Shown here piece after piece: positions 1 to 12,594 of a DNA stretch of 64,000 nucleotides. The stretch is taken from positions 28,148,001 through 28,212,000 of the forward strand of contig OX597830.1 in NCBI GenBank assembly GCA_951406725.2. Reading direction: 5' to 3'. The position numbers were made by a program, and so were the translations under genes. Numbering within the stretch: the stretch's first letter is position 1; each line of letters opens with the position of its first letter. The notes beneath the pieces were generated by a model. It had not been told where the DNA came from, did no database searches, and worked only from the letters and a program-made list of their open reading frames with translations. This DNA is from Octopus vulgaris. Its lineage: Eukaryota.

Positions 1-770
1 AAGAAAAAAAATCGTTTTTTTTTCCATGGAATCAACTACTCTGGCCTCAAAACCCTTTTTGTGGTCCGTGAAACGGAGTGGGGTGTGGTGGAAGCCTCGC
101 AAATTGTACCCATTTATATTGTGGAATTCACTGACAAATTGTTACTCACCTCTTTGTTTCTTTGTTGTTAAATAAATGGATTGTCAACAAAACACTTTTT
201 TACTCCTTCGTACCCAAAGTAATGTGTGTGAGAGAGAAAGGGGGGGGAGAAAGATAAACGATTTAAATTAAATAAATGATTTAAATAAATATATTATAAT
301 TATTGTGTGAGAATGTATATATACTATGATTATAAAATATAGTGTGCCTTTCAAAAACAAAAAACAAAACATTTTACATTTTATGAATGTAGTCACTTAC
401 TCTCTCCCTCTCTCAATTTGTCTTTCCCGTGAAAATCTCTGCCTCCTTCTTCCACTTTTCTTTATCTTATTTTTTGTTAAACGCCATCAAAAAGCAATGG
501 CCGATATTTGTTATGGTTAAAAGCTATGGTTGAAATTAGTTGAAAATAGATTTTTACCCTATTCGCGGGTGCCTCGGGAAAAAAATAAGTTGACAAAACC
601 CAGATAGGGAGTTGACAAATGTCCTCCTAAAATTTGAGCGACATGCGTGCTAATTTGAGGATGTGCATAAATTACAATCACGTACACACACACACAAACT
701 CGCGCACGCACGCACGCACACATCCTCCCTTTTATAGATATGGTAAAGTGGTAACGGTTCCTGAATCATA

Positions 771-905
771 CCGTCTAATAAATTCACTCAGAAGGTATTG
801 GTTGGCCCAGGTACTAAAATAGAAAAGAGATGGTCAAGACGTCGCGTAGTCAGAATGAACTCGAAACACCAGGACAGCAAAGGAAGCTTCTTAGCCACAC
901 AACCA
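771..905 (-). mobile_element. Degenerate head of tRNA-derived SINE family A
   Basis: Diverged match to the minus-strand family A head at 16066-16200 (aaattcactcagaagg..ttggttggccc..gaactcgaaac..aagcttcttagccacaca). Confidence 0.45.
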
Positions 906-1316
906 CATGAATGCTTTTTTTTATTATAATATAAGAAAAAAAAAAGTGAAAAGAATTCAGACGCGAAACAAAACACTTTATTATAGAAATTGTTAAATAG
1001 TTTTTTTTTCCTGATATACATTTCAGTGTATTGTACTGCACTGGTTTACTGAAGATTCATGAATGCTTTTTATATTTTTTCATAGTAAGCCACGTCGTGA
1101 TTATAATAAGGAGCACAAGATAATACAAGATGGAGAGGAAAAAAAAAAGAGGAAAGGAAACTGAAATTTCAGACAGAAAGTTGTAAACAAGTGAGGCAAA
1201 TACATGTTTCGAATGAATTCTGTTGCTTTGATATGTAACGAAGATTCGTTTGCAGTCATAACTCCCTCTCTTCCCTCTAAGCCTACGTCTCTAATGAAGT
1301 GTGTAGTTATGTATGC

Positions 1317-2450
<1,134 letters not shown>

Positions 2451-2620
2451 ACACGTTCCCTCACATATGATACTTCAGTACTTTATTTTAAATTGATCTT
2501 TCCATAGTGAGAAAACAAACAGTTAATCCATCTAAGCTCCAAGAGTAGACAGCTTAATGATAACTCGATGCATCGGCGCTAATGATATTGGAATACATAC
2601 ATAGGTACATACTTACGTGC

Positions 2621-2681
<61 letters not shown>

Positions 2682-3108
2682 TTTACTCACATGCGTATAC
2701 ATTTATATGTATGTAGGTATTAATGTTTCATACGAAAGTACTTATCACACACTTGTGATAAAATATTTTAGCGTTAATTTCATTTTGTGACTTCATATAT
2801 CTACTTAATTCTCTGTTATAGTGTCATATATAAATCTACCCCGATTCGATTTGTTATATAGTAGATTCAGCGATGCTGTCTATCATGTGCCAAGGAACCT
2901 GGCATCTTTTGTATTTGGGCTTCTGATAGTTTTTACTTTATTTTTTTGTGTGACTGACGCCTTGTTGGAAAATTTCGTAGACGGCCCTGATTGAACACTC
3001 TTCGTATACACACATACTTAGATACATACACACACATACATAAATACATACATACATACGTACATGCATACATATACACATACATATATACATACATATA
3101 TACATACA

Positions 3109-3987
3109 GGCATATCAACCAAATACAGTGAAGCAGGAAAAGTAGTAAAATGTGACAAATAATGCAGACTTGGTGGAGTTAACACCGAGGATATCAACCG
3201 CATCATAAGCAGTTCTCCGAAAATGTCATCACCGTATTATCTACCGATGAGATGATATTATATTTAGGACACCGCATAACGTGATACGTTGAAATGATAA
3301 AACCGAAGATAAAGAAATAGGAACCTGTAGTATGGTGGAAGCCAATTTATCCAAAAAAAGATAAGTGGTGGAATGTCTCAGTGAAAACCTCAATAAAATG
3401 TAAACACAATAGACCTGATATAATGATTTGGGACAGGGAAGAAAAGCTGTGTACAGTTGTGGAGCTCAACTGCCCAGCAGATGTTTGCATAAAGCTGAGA
3501 AACAGTGAAAAGGATTATACCTATGCTGAACTATTGAGAAATCTGCAGTTACTCTATCCAGATTACAAGTTCAGGTTTATACCTGTAATTATTGGGTTGT
3601 GGGTATATGTAGCACGCTGTCTAAATAACAATCTTGTGAAATTAGACTTCTCAAAACCAGAAAGGAGATGCTGATTCAAAGACTACAGATTCAAGCCATC
3701 ACTGGAACAGTAAAAATCTGTAAAACTTTCCAAATGTTTATCGTCTATGTATATATGAGCATGTCTAGATATGCAAGTATATGCATGAGAAGACATACAT
3801 AAAAACATACAAATCTGCAAGTATGCATGCATACATACATACATACATACATACATACATACATACATACATACATTCAGGCAAAAATACCTGTTGCTGA
3901 TGTTGAAATTCCAATGAAAGAGCCTTGAATTTAGGTTAGAAACCGGATCATTCTCTATGGGCAAGAAATCTTGAAATAAAATAATGA
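3109..3987 (+). mobile_element. 5'-truncated R4/Dong-like non-LTR retrotransposon: decayed CCHC knuckle, restriction-like endonuclease and 3' UTR
   Basis: 3151-3255 translates CDK*CRLGGVNTEDINRIISSSPKMSSPYYLPMR (degenerate CCHC followed by the Y..R motif). ORF 3381-3674 has HNRPDIMIWDREEKLCTVVELNCP...EKDYTYAEL...FIPVIIG, a PD-(D/E)xK RLE. After a frameshift it reads LQIQAITGTVKICKTF. Flanked by (TACA)n. Confidence 0.85.
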
Positions 3988-4039
3988 TATACATACATGC
4001 ATACATAAATACATACATACATAGGGACATGTAAAGAAA

Positions 4040-4161
4040 CAAAAATATCGCGTTGTTAATGTTGAAATTCCATTGAAGGAGCCTTGGATCTAGGTTAGAA
4101 TCAGACTCTCTATTGGCAAGACTCTATTGGCAAGAAATCTTGAAATAAGACTGCAGAATGA
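4040..4161 (+). mobile_element. Second copy of the RLE element 3' terminus
   Basis: Matches 3883-3987 (gttgaaattcca.tgaa.gagccttg.at.taggttagaa...ggcaagaaatcttgaaataa) and ends in acatacatac. Confidence 0.8.
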
Positions 4162-4446
4162 CATACATACATGCATACATAAATATATCGAAGGGACAAG
4201 TCGCGTGATGAATACTATCTCCAACTTTGGAGCCACAACTATCAGCCTTGTTAATCTTCAGTTGAATTAACTGAGGGAGCCTTTTATTCGCGATCGTAGT
4301 CATTTTCGGCTGGACACAACATCAACAACCCAGTCGAGGAACAAAACGAAGATAACAGCTCAAAAGCTGTAGTTATAGAAGAAACCGTAACTGCAAAACT
4401 CATTTCTCTTGGAGTTACGAACTGAATTCTAGATATGTATATACAG

Positions 4447-4555
4447 AAATACCCTGTTGTTGGTGTTGAAATTCTGATGAAAGTATCTTGGATCTAGGTT
4501 AGAAACCGATTCTTTTTCTATTGGCAAGAAATCCTTAAATAAACGGAATAAGGAC
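4447..4555 (+). mobile_element. Third copy of the RLE element 3' terminus
   Basis: Same ~110-bp terminal sequence, more diverged. Confidence 0.75.
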
Positions 4556-4564
4556 AAGCATACA

Positions 4565-4930
4565 GATCAGCTGTCCTGCTCACGTGAGAGAAAGACGATA
4601 ACCATGCACAACTATTTTGGAACAACCAGTTTCTATATCCACATCATAAAATCGCTATTTATGCCAAAATAATTAGTGCAATTGGCTTTGTGAGTAAATG
4701 CGTTATGCCAATGTTGATATACTAAGGTTTTCAGAAAATGAAATCAATCAAGTACCTCGCACATTAAAAATACAATCTGTAAGTGGAACAGCCAAAATAT
4801 GCAAGAATTTTATCAATTTTAAAACGTGGCACCATCTTTGTTATCCACATTTCAACGATGGAGTTTTGTATTTATATTAGAAACCATTTCCTTCTTCAGA
4901 GGAAAAATTCAAATAATAAAACAGAAGAGA
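4565..4930 (+). mobile_element. Older, divergent RLE retrotransposon C-terminal fragment
   Basis: ORF 4698-4880 (DILRFSENEINQVPRTLKIQSVSGTAKICKNF) aligns by eye with KLDFSKPERR..RLQIQAITGTVKICKTF of the 3109 element. Confidence 0.65.
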
Positions 4931-5403
4931 ATGTGCGTGTGTATGTATCTGTCTGTCTGTCTGTATGCACACGTGCTGATTTGTATGACATAAGCTGCTT
5001 TTAAGGCAAATACGAACGTATAATTTGTACTATGCCACTGGGCAAGGTATCAAATCGTACCCAATTTTTCTAAATATACTAGCATTTTCAGACATACCTT
5101 AAAAGCCCGCAGTGCACCTCCTAGTCATAGGTAGTATCCACTTGTACCACGACATGATATTTGAAATGAATTACTCTAAGAGTGTAGTGTTCAAATGTGT
5201 TACGGAATGTAACTTATAAAAATAAAGGATGAAACAATAGTGTCATAAGGTAACAAAACTGAACTGCGCATTATTCTCGCAGAACTAACTGTCGATATTT
5301 TGTGTTCTTGTACGTTACGTAAGTCTTCTTCGTAGAAAACTATCATGAAAGCTTTTTTTTTTCGAAACTTGATATGTGAAGATATATTTTTAATGTTGAC
5401 ATA

Positions 5404-5765
5404 TGGCAGAATCGTTAGCACGTCGGCAAAATTAACATTTCTTCCGGGTTGAAGTTCCCGGAGTCGATAAAATAATGTACCGCTCAAGTACTTGCGACGA
5501 TGCAATAAACACGAGTCCTCACTTGAAAATTGCGGGCTTTGAACCCTGCAACCGATCGGTATATCTTTCAGGGTAAATGCTGTGACCTGGATCACTTGTA
5601 CACTATGACATCTGGGTAACCGGCCGGGTGTGTTCTAGAGCTCAAGAAAAATAATATATATGGCTGTGGCTGTATGGAAATTAGTTTGCTTACCAATTAC
5701 ATGGCTCCGGGATCAGTTCCACTGCGTGATACCTTGAGCAAGTTTCTTCTACGAGAGGCTCGAGC
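5404..5765 (+). mobile_element. Degenerate SINE fragments (family B 5404-5550; family A head 5660-5765)
   Basis: tggcagaatcgttagcacg..gagtcgataaaataatgtacc and tggctgtatgg..ccaattacatggctccgggatcagttccactgcgtgataccttgagcaagt match intact copies elsewhere in the window. Confidence 0.6.
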
Positions 5766-6254
5766 CTATGCGTATTCCTGTGCGTATTTAACCAAACTAG
5801 CGCATTATACCCGGTGTTTGTTTGTGTTCACGTAGGAGTTTTTGTGTTCGAGTGAACCCTTAAAGGATCAACCTCAAACATGTCCACAATCTGACGATTG
5901 AATCAAGGAAATGGTCAGAGATAAAGCTATAAATATATATATGCGTACATGTGTGTGCGTGTGTGGATGCGTGTGTGTGTGTGTATGTGTGTGTGTGCGT
6001 GCAAACGTGTGTGGCTGTATGTTAGCGTGCTTATGAATACAGATAAAGTTATATAATTCTGCAGTGTTGCGTATGTAAAAAATGACATCTATCCCTTGTA
6101 CCTATCTCCAGCTAAATCGAGAATTGAACTACACACATCCTGTTTAGAATCGTGTTATGCATCGACTGTGCGTATTGTGCGGGTATATATAACCTCGTAC
6201 GAGCACTAAGAATACATACATATATTTCCATCCATCTATCTAAATATTTATATG

Positions 6255-6280
<26 letters not shown>

Positions 6281-6285
<5 letters not shown>

Positions 6286-6348
6286 GTCTAGTGGTTAGGA
6301 TTCCTGGCTTTCACCCAGGCGGCCCGGGTTCGATTCCCGGCATGGGAA
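6281..6348 (+). pseudogene. tRNA-Glu-TTC: tRNA-Glu(TTC) copy lacking its first 4 nt (retroposed, SINE head)
   Basis: TGGTCTAGTGGTTAGGA (D arm/A box), CCTGG-CT-TTC-AC-CCAGG (anticodon 6310-6312), CCGGG-TTCGATT-CCCGG (T arm/B box), 3' acceptor CATGGGA-A. The required 5' TCCC is replaced by (TA)n, so only 3 of 7 acceptor pairs remain. No CCA. Confidence 0.9.
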
Positions 6349-6419
6349 CGTCTTTCTTAAATGGCGGTGCCCCAGCATGGTCACAGCTCATAAGCTGAAA
6401 CTAGAATCAATCAATCAAT

Positions 6420-6423
<4 letters not shown>
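6281..6423 (+). mobile_element. Minimal tRNA-Glu SINE: tRNA + 14-nt trailer + LINE-type tail + (TCAA)n, inserted in (TA)n
   Basis: Tail ggcggtgccccagcatggtcacagctcataagctgaaac is homologous to the family A tail ggcggtgctccagcatggccgcagtcaaatgactgaaac (45742-45780). (TA)n lies on both sides. Confidence 0.75.
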
Positions 6424-6456
<33 letters not shown>

Positions 6457-6458
6457 TG

Positions 6459-6522
<64 letters not shown>

Positions 6523-6530
6523 ACAATTTA

Positions 6531-6581
<51 letters not shown>

Positions 6582-6650
6582 CTGTCTCTCTATCTCTCTA
6601 TCACTCTACCTCTCTGTATGTCTGTCTGTCTGTCTGACCCTCTATCTATC

Positions 6651-6694
<44 letters not shown>

Positions 6695-6922
6695 GCTCAA
6701 AGAAAAATGATACATGTAGAAGCACATATTTGTATATGCGTATAATTTATGTATGTGTACAATTGTATATTAACATCTATACATGCATACATACATATAC
6801 ACGCACACGCACACACATTTACACATATATACATACGCAAACACAAACAGATGTATGTATAGATTATGTATATATGATCTACATATATATATATTTTTAT
6901 ATATAAATATCCAGACACACAT

Positions 6923-6986
<64 letters not shown>

Positions 6987-7751
6987 AAATGCAGATATGT
7001 GTGTGTCAGAGAGAGCTTATATCCTTAAACATTCTCTTCTGACATAGATATATAGACATATATGTGTGTAAAAATTTAACGAATTATACAAACAGATGCG
7101 TATGCAGCACGTTATTTATGTATATAAAACGAGCGCTGTATACAAAAAATCTTTTCAAAAATCAAACAAAAATACCAAAGCATTCAATAAAAAGAACCTC
7201 CAAGACACAGCGACTATTTGCAATTGAAATGTCTTCATTAGATACACCCTAATTGAATTTCATAATATTTATGTTAAACGGAATTAGCAGCCACGTGATC
7301 AAAAACATATGTATTAAAGTATTTAAGGAATAGAAAAAATGATGAAAATTAAATAAGCTGTAACACAAGCAACAATTAGTAAAAAATATATATAAAATTG
7401 TTTAAAATAAAATTATAGGAAAATAATCTATGCGACTAAATTTCCTTAACGTGTCTCCAGCGAAAATCGTTTATAATTATTTCATAGTTGCTTGTCTTGC
7501 AACGAGTCTGCTCGGGACTTTTCCATTGTCCGCAAAGATAATATAAATATATAAAGAAATAAGGAAGTATAGATAGAAAATGTTGTATAATGTATAAGGT
7601 TTCGTACTTAATCGTATACACAAAGTAAACCAAAATATACATGCGCACGTTTGTGAAATATACTCTGGAGAAAACGTACACGTAAGCATATTAATATGTA
7701 TTAATATATATGTATGTATATAGATAGATTGATTTATAGATACATATGCAA

Positions 7752-7833
<82 letters not shown>

Positions 7834-8089
7834 GAGAGAGAGAGAAAGAGAAACAGCGGGGGGGGGGGGGGGCAAAGAGAGGAAAGGGAGATAAGTGCGT
7901 TGCGTATGTATAATACTTAATTATAAAAATAAACAACCGCAAACGAGAGCACTTTCTTACGCGCATGCTTATATACATATTCGTACGTACGTACGTTATT
8001 ACAAATATATATTTTTTATATATCTAAATGTATATCTCTTTCGCTATCTATCTATCTATCTATCTAGTGTATTTATACGTATAGATTTG

Positions 8090-8155
<66 letters not shown>

Positions 8156-8185
8156 AGAGGAATCTTGCGACACAAAATTATAAAC

Positions 8186-8273
<88 letters not shown>

Positions 8274-8679
8274 ATGTATATATGTATGTGTGCGTGTGTA
8301 TGTATGTATGTATATACATATATAATTGCAGGTATACATATACTTTACTGTGCGTATTTGTGTGTATATTTAAGAGAGAGAGTGAGAGAGAGAGAGGAAG
8401 GAAACTAGGCTGTGGTGCTGGCAGTGTTGGGAGAAATCGTTTACAAAATAAACAATAGCAAAGAAAACAGTGAAACCGAGTGAAAGTGAGTTTATAGTAA
8501 GAAATATAGCATGAAATAATGGAGTAAAATGATAAAAATTCTTATTCAGATAATCAGATTAGGTCTGAAAGTTCAATACGAAATATACTGGCAAGCTTTG
8601 TATATAATCGAGTCTGGGTGAAACGTAATGGAACGTCCATGTAATCTGGCGACAAGATCTTAGTTTTTCAGTATGGGTG

Positions 8680-8964
8680 CCGGTGTTGTTGTTGTTGTTG
8701 TTCGGCGGTGGTGGAGGTGGTGGTGATATTGGTGTTGGTGGTGTTGGTCGTCGTGTTGGAGGTGGTGTTGGTGGTGTTGGTGGTGTTGGTGTTGGTGGTG
8801 GTGGTGGCAGCGGCGGCGGTAGAGGGGGTGAGTATTGGTGGTGGTGGGTGTGGGTGTGGGGGGAAATACGAGGATGCTGTTAATCTAATTCACTGATGGG
8901 ACAAACAACACGCCATAATCTAATATACATCTCAGTGCATGGCTAATGTTAACACAACAATAAC

Positions 8965-9017
<53 letters not shown>

Positions 9018-9034
9018 TACCAACAACAACGACG

Positions 9035-9111
<77 letters not shown>

Positions 9112-9555
9112 AAGAAGAAGAAGAAGAAGAAGAAATAGAAGAAGAAGTGGAAGAAGTAGAAGAAGAAAAGGAAGAAAAGAAAGGAAGAAGAAGACGAAAA
9201 AGAAGAAGGAAAAGAAGAGGAAGGAGACGCACAAGAAACAAGAACAACAAATATATTCTCAAAGAGTACGACAGGTCTAACACCAACACCAACAACAACG
9301 AGAAAACAGAAACGAGAAAATGATGATGATGATAATGATGATGATGATGATGATCACCATCATCATCATCATCATCATCATCAACATCAGCATCGTCGCG
9401 TTCTTCCTGTTCGTCGTCATCGACAACAACATCAACGATAACCCTAAGCTACACGAGCACAGCGAGGAAAATACGTAACGCTATACACAACAACATTAAT
9501 AGCAAGCGGTAGAAAGCTAACAAGAAGCGCAACCACGACGGCAACAGTAATAATA

Positions 9556-9633
<78 letters not shown>

Positions 9634-9650
9634 TATTATTATTATTATTA

Positions 9651-9685
<35 letters not shown>

Positions 9686-9717
9686 CATTATTATTATTAT
9701 CATTATTATTATTATCA

Positions 9718-9779
<62 letters not shown>

Positions 9780-9811
9780 ATTATATTATTATTATTATTA
9801 TTATATTATTA

Positions 9812-9855
<44 letters not shown>

Positions 9856-9933
9856 TATTATTACTATTATTACTATATTATCATTATTATTATTTTAATT
9901 TTTATTATAATTATATTATTATCATTATTATTA

Positions 9934-9997
<64 letters not shown>

Positions 9998-10375
9998 CAT
10001 TATTATTATTATTACTATTGTTGTTATTATTATTATTTCAACGATAGGCACAAGACCTGAAATTTGGAGGAGGTGACGAGTTGACTACAAACATCCCAGT
10101 GTTTTACTGGTATCTAATATATCGATTACGAAAGAATGAAAGGCAAAGTTGCACCATTAGCACGCTGGACTAAATGCTTAGCGCTATTTCACCCTTCGCT
10201 CCGATCTGGGTTCAAATACCGCTGCGGATGACTTTAGCTTTCGGAGTCGATATATTAAGTATATCATCATCATCATCATCATTATCATCATCACCATCAT
10301 CATTATCATCACCATTATCCTCAACCTTGGCGATGATGAGGATGATGATGATGAGGATGATGATGAACATGAGGA
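8680..10375. repeat. Trinucleotide repeat island (GGT/GTT, AAT, AAG, GAT/CAT, AAT/ATT)
   Basis: Read directly. Confidence 0.95.
10045..10262. mobile_element. Rearranged SINE family B: minus-strand 3' half joined to plus-strand head
   Basis: 10045-10150 matches the minus copies (gaaagaatgaaaggcaaagtt). 10156-10262 matches the plus head (ttagcacgctggactaaatgcttagcgctatttc). Confidence 0.65.
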
Positions 10376-10525
10376 TTTCTTTACTATTTACCCTCAAGGC
10401 GCATTCATTTACGTAGTAATTCATACGATGCAGATAAGACAAAACATGTATACATCCATCCACACATACATACATACATCAATACCCACTCACTAATGGG
10501 TAGACACATGTGTACGTATGCATGT

Positions 10526-10900
10526 GGAGGAGCAATGTCCCAGTGGTTAGGGCAGCGGACTCGCGGTCGTAGGACTGTGATTTCGATTCCCAGACGGGTG
10601 TTGTGAGTATTTATTAAGCGAAAACACCTGAAGCTCCACGAGCCTCCGGCAGGTGATGGTAGCAAATCTTGCTTTACTTTCACCACAACTTTCTCTCACT
10701 CTTTCTTTCTGTTTCTTTTGTACCTGTATTTCAAAGGGTCAGTCTTGTCCCACTCTGTGTCACGCTGATCTCCACGAGAACTACGTTAAGATTACACGTG
10801 CCTGTGGTTTACTCAGCCACTTGTACGTTAATTTCATGAGCAGGCTGTTCCGTTGATCGGATCAACTGGAACCCTCGTCATCGCAACACACAGACTTCCT
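10526..10900 (+). mobile_element. tRNA-derived SINE family D
   Basis: tRNA-like head with A box (tgtcccagtggttagg) and B box (ttcgattccc), followed by a ~300-bp body. Recognised as a cephalopod-type SINE from recall; single copy in this window. Confidence 0.6.
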
Positions 10901-11179
10901 CCAACAGCACAACATGGAGACACTGCCATGGCCTACCCTAAATCCGGACTTGAATCCCATAAAGTACATCACATTGAGTTAATCTCTTTTGATTCAGGCC
11001 ACTCTGTCATCACGTGACACCACGGGACGTCAAGCATGTTTCAGAAAATGACGTTTCATTAATTAGCAGTTTCTTAATTAGTACTCTTTAATCAATGCTA
11101 TTGCAGTCTGTTAATAAATCGGTTTCTATAATAAGTATGTATGCAACGTTACTTTGGGGTTCAGTATATATATATATAA

Positions 11180-11297
11180 AGTTAATCCAAACAAGAAAAC
11201 ACAAAAAACAAAAAAAAAAGCAAAAAAAACACAACAACGCGAGGACGTGGAACAAATATAGTATTATTGGACGCTCAGGAAAGAAGGGAAGAAGGAG

Positions 11298-11299
<2 letters not shown>
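11180..11299 (-). mobile_element. Neptune-like PLE 3'-terminal fragment, truncated before the hammerhead, in (TA)n
   Basis: Near-identical to 35867-35964 and 42543-42642; flanked by TA repeats. Confidence 0.8.
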
Positions 11300-11337
<38 letters not shown>

Positions 11338-11345
<8 letters not shown>

Positions 11346-11426
11346 TAATAGATATGTATGTATGTCTCTCTCTATATATATGTACACACACACATACACA
11401 CACAGACACACATATATATATATATT

Positions 11427-11501
<75 letters not shown>

Positions 11502-11539
11502 ATATGTATATATGTATATATGTATATATACATATATAT

Positions 11540-11574
<35 letters not shown>

Positions 11575-11667
11575 CACAAATATATATATATATGTGTGTC
11601 TGTGTGTGTATGTGTGTGTGTACATATATATAGAGAGAGACATACATACATATCTATTAACATATAA
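11338..11667. repeat. Perfect 92-bp inverted duplication of a compound microsatellite
   Basis: 11338-11429 is the exact reverse complement of 11576-11667; 146-bp TA-rich spacer. Confidence 0.9.
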
Positions 11668-11909
11668 ATATATATATATATATATATATATGTACGCACG
11701 TGTGTGTGTGAGTGTAATTGTATTGAAAGTGGCGCGGAAACATTATGTAACGTATTTAAATTTTTAAACATAATGTTTTTTTGTCAAATGATACATATGC
11801 ACGATTCTGCTCGGTTTAGCCTCTTGAGTCAATCATGCTGTCCATCACGTTCCGGCATACCATTCAGTAGGGCTGCAGGAAAAGATCCCCGTGTCTATAC
11901 ATAGCAGCT

Positions 11910-12265
11910 GAATGAGGTCGACTTTACCTTTGATCCTATCGGGATCGATAAATGAAGTACCGGTGAAGCACTGGGGTCCATGTAATCGACTTGTCCCCTT
12001 CTCCAAAATTTCAGGACTTGTTCCTTTTATAGAAAGGATTAATAATACCATGAAGGCAGCGAGATAGTAGAATCATAAGGGCGATGGACAAGTTGTTTAA
12101 CAGCATTTCGTTTCTCTTTACGTTCTGAGTTCAAATTTAGCCGCAGCTAGCATTACCCTTTTTTTTTACTTTGGGATTGATGAAATAAGTTGCAGTTGAG
12201 TACTGGGGTCAATGCAATCTCACTTTTCAGGCCTTGTCCCTGCAGTAGAAAGAATTATTATTATT
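11910..12265 (+). mobile_element. Two tandem SINE family B copies (11910-12045 5'-truncated; 12053-12265)
   Basis: gaggtcgactttacctttgatcc..gggatcgataaatgaagtacc central domain (Meta/MESC-like) and (ATT)n tails. Confidence 0.75.
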
Positions 12266-12340
12266 GTCACTGATACACATTGAATTAAATATTGTGTTTA
12301 AATTTTGCGACGAAATTTGACCTTACTGCTCCTTAGTTTG

Positions 12341-12594
12341 TAGAGGTGTGTGGTTTAATGGTTAGTGGTAGTGAACTCATGATCGTAAGATTGTAGTTTC
12401 GATTCCTGGACGAGGCGATGCATTGAGTTCTTAAGCAAAGTACTTCATTTCACATTGCTTCTGTCCACACAGCTGACAAAAATGAGTAATCTTGTGACGG
12501 ACCGTCGTCCCGTCCATGTGGGGAATATGTAAGTTATGGAAACCTGGGAACCGGCTCCTATGGATCTGCATGGCTCGGGAAGGAACTTTACTTA
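12341..12594 (+). mobile_element. SINE family C with 12-bp target-site duplication
   Basis: tRNA-like head, CORE-like gttcttaagcaaagtactt. TSD ctccttagtttg at 12329-12340 and 12595-12606. Confidence 0.8.

Noticed and set aside
4474-4512. Hammerhead at CTGATGA...GAAACCGATTC in RLE terminus 3
   Set aside because: The two sister copies read CCAATGA and CCATTGA, where this segment forms a different hairpin, so the match looks coincidental. No SECIS-type GA quartet partner was found either.
6277-6348. Functional tRNA-Glu gene
   Set aside because: The 5' TCCC of the acceptor stem is absent and the copy is followed by a retroposon tail; reported as a pseudogene/SINE instead.
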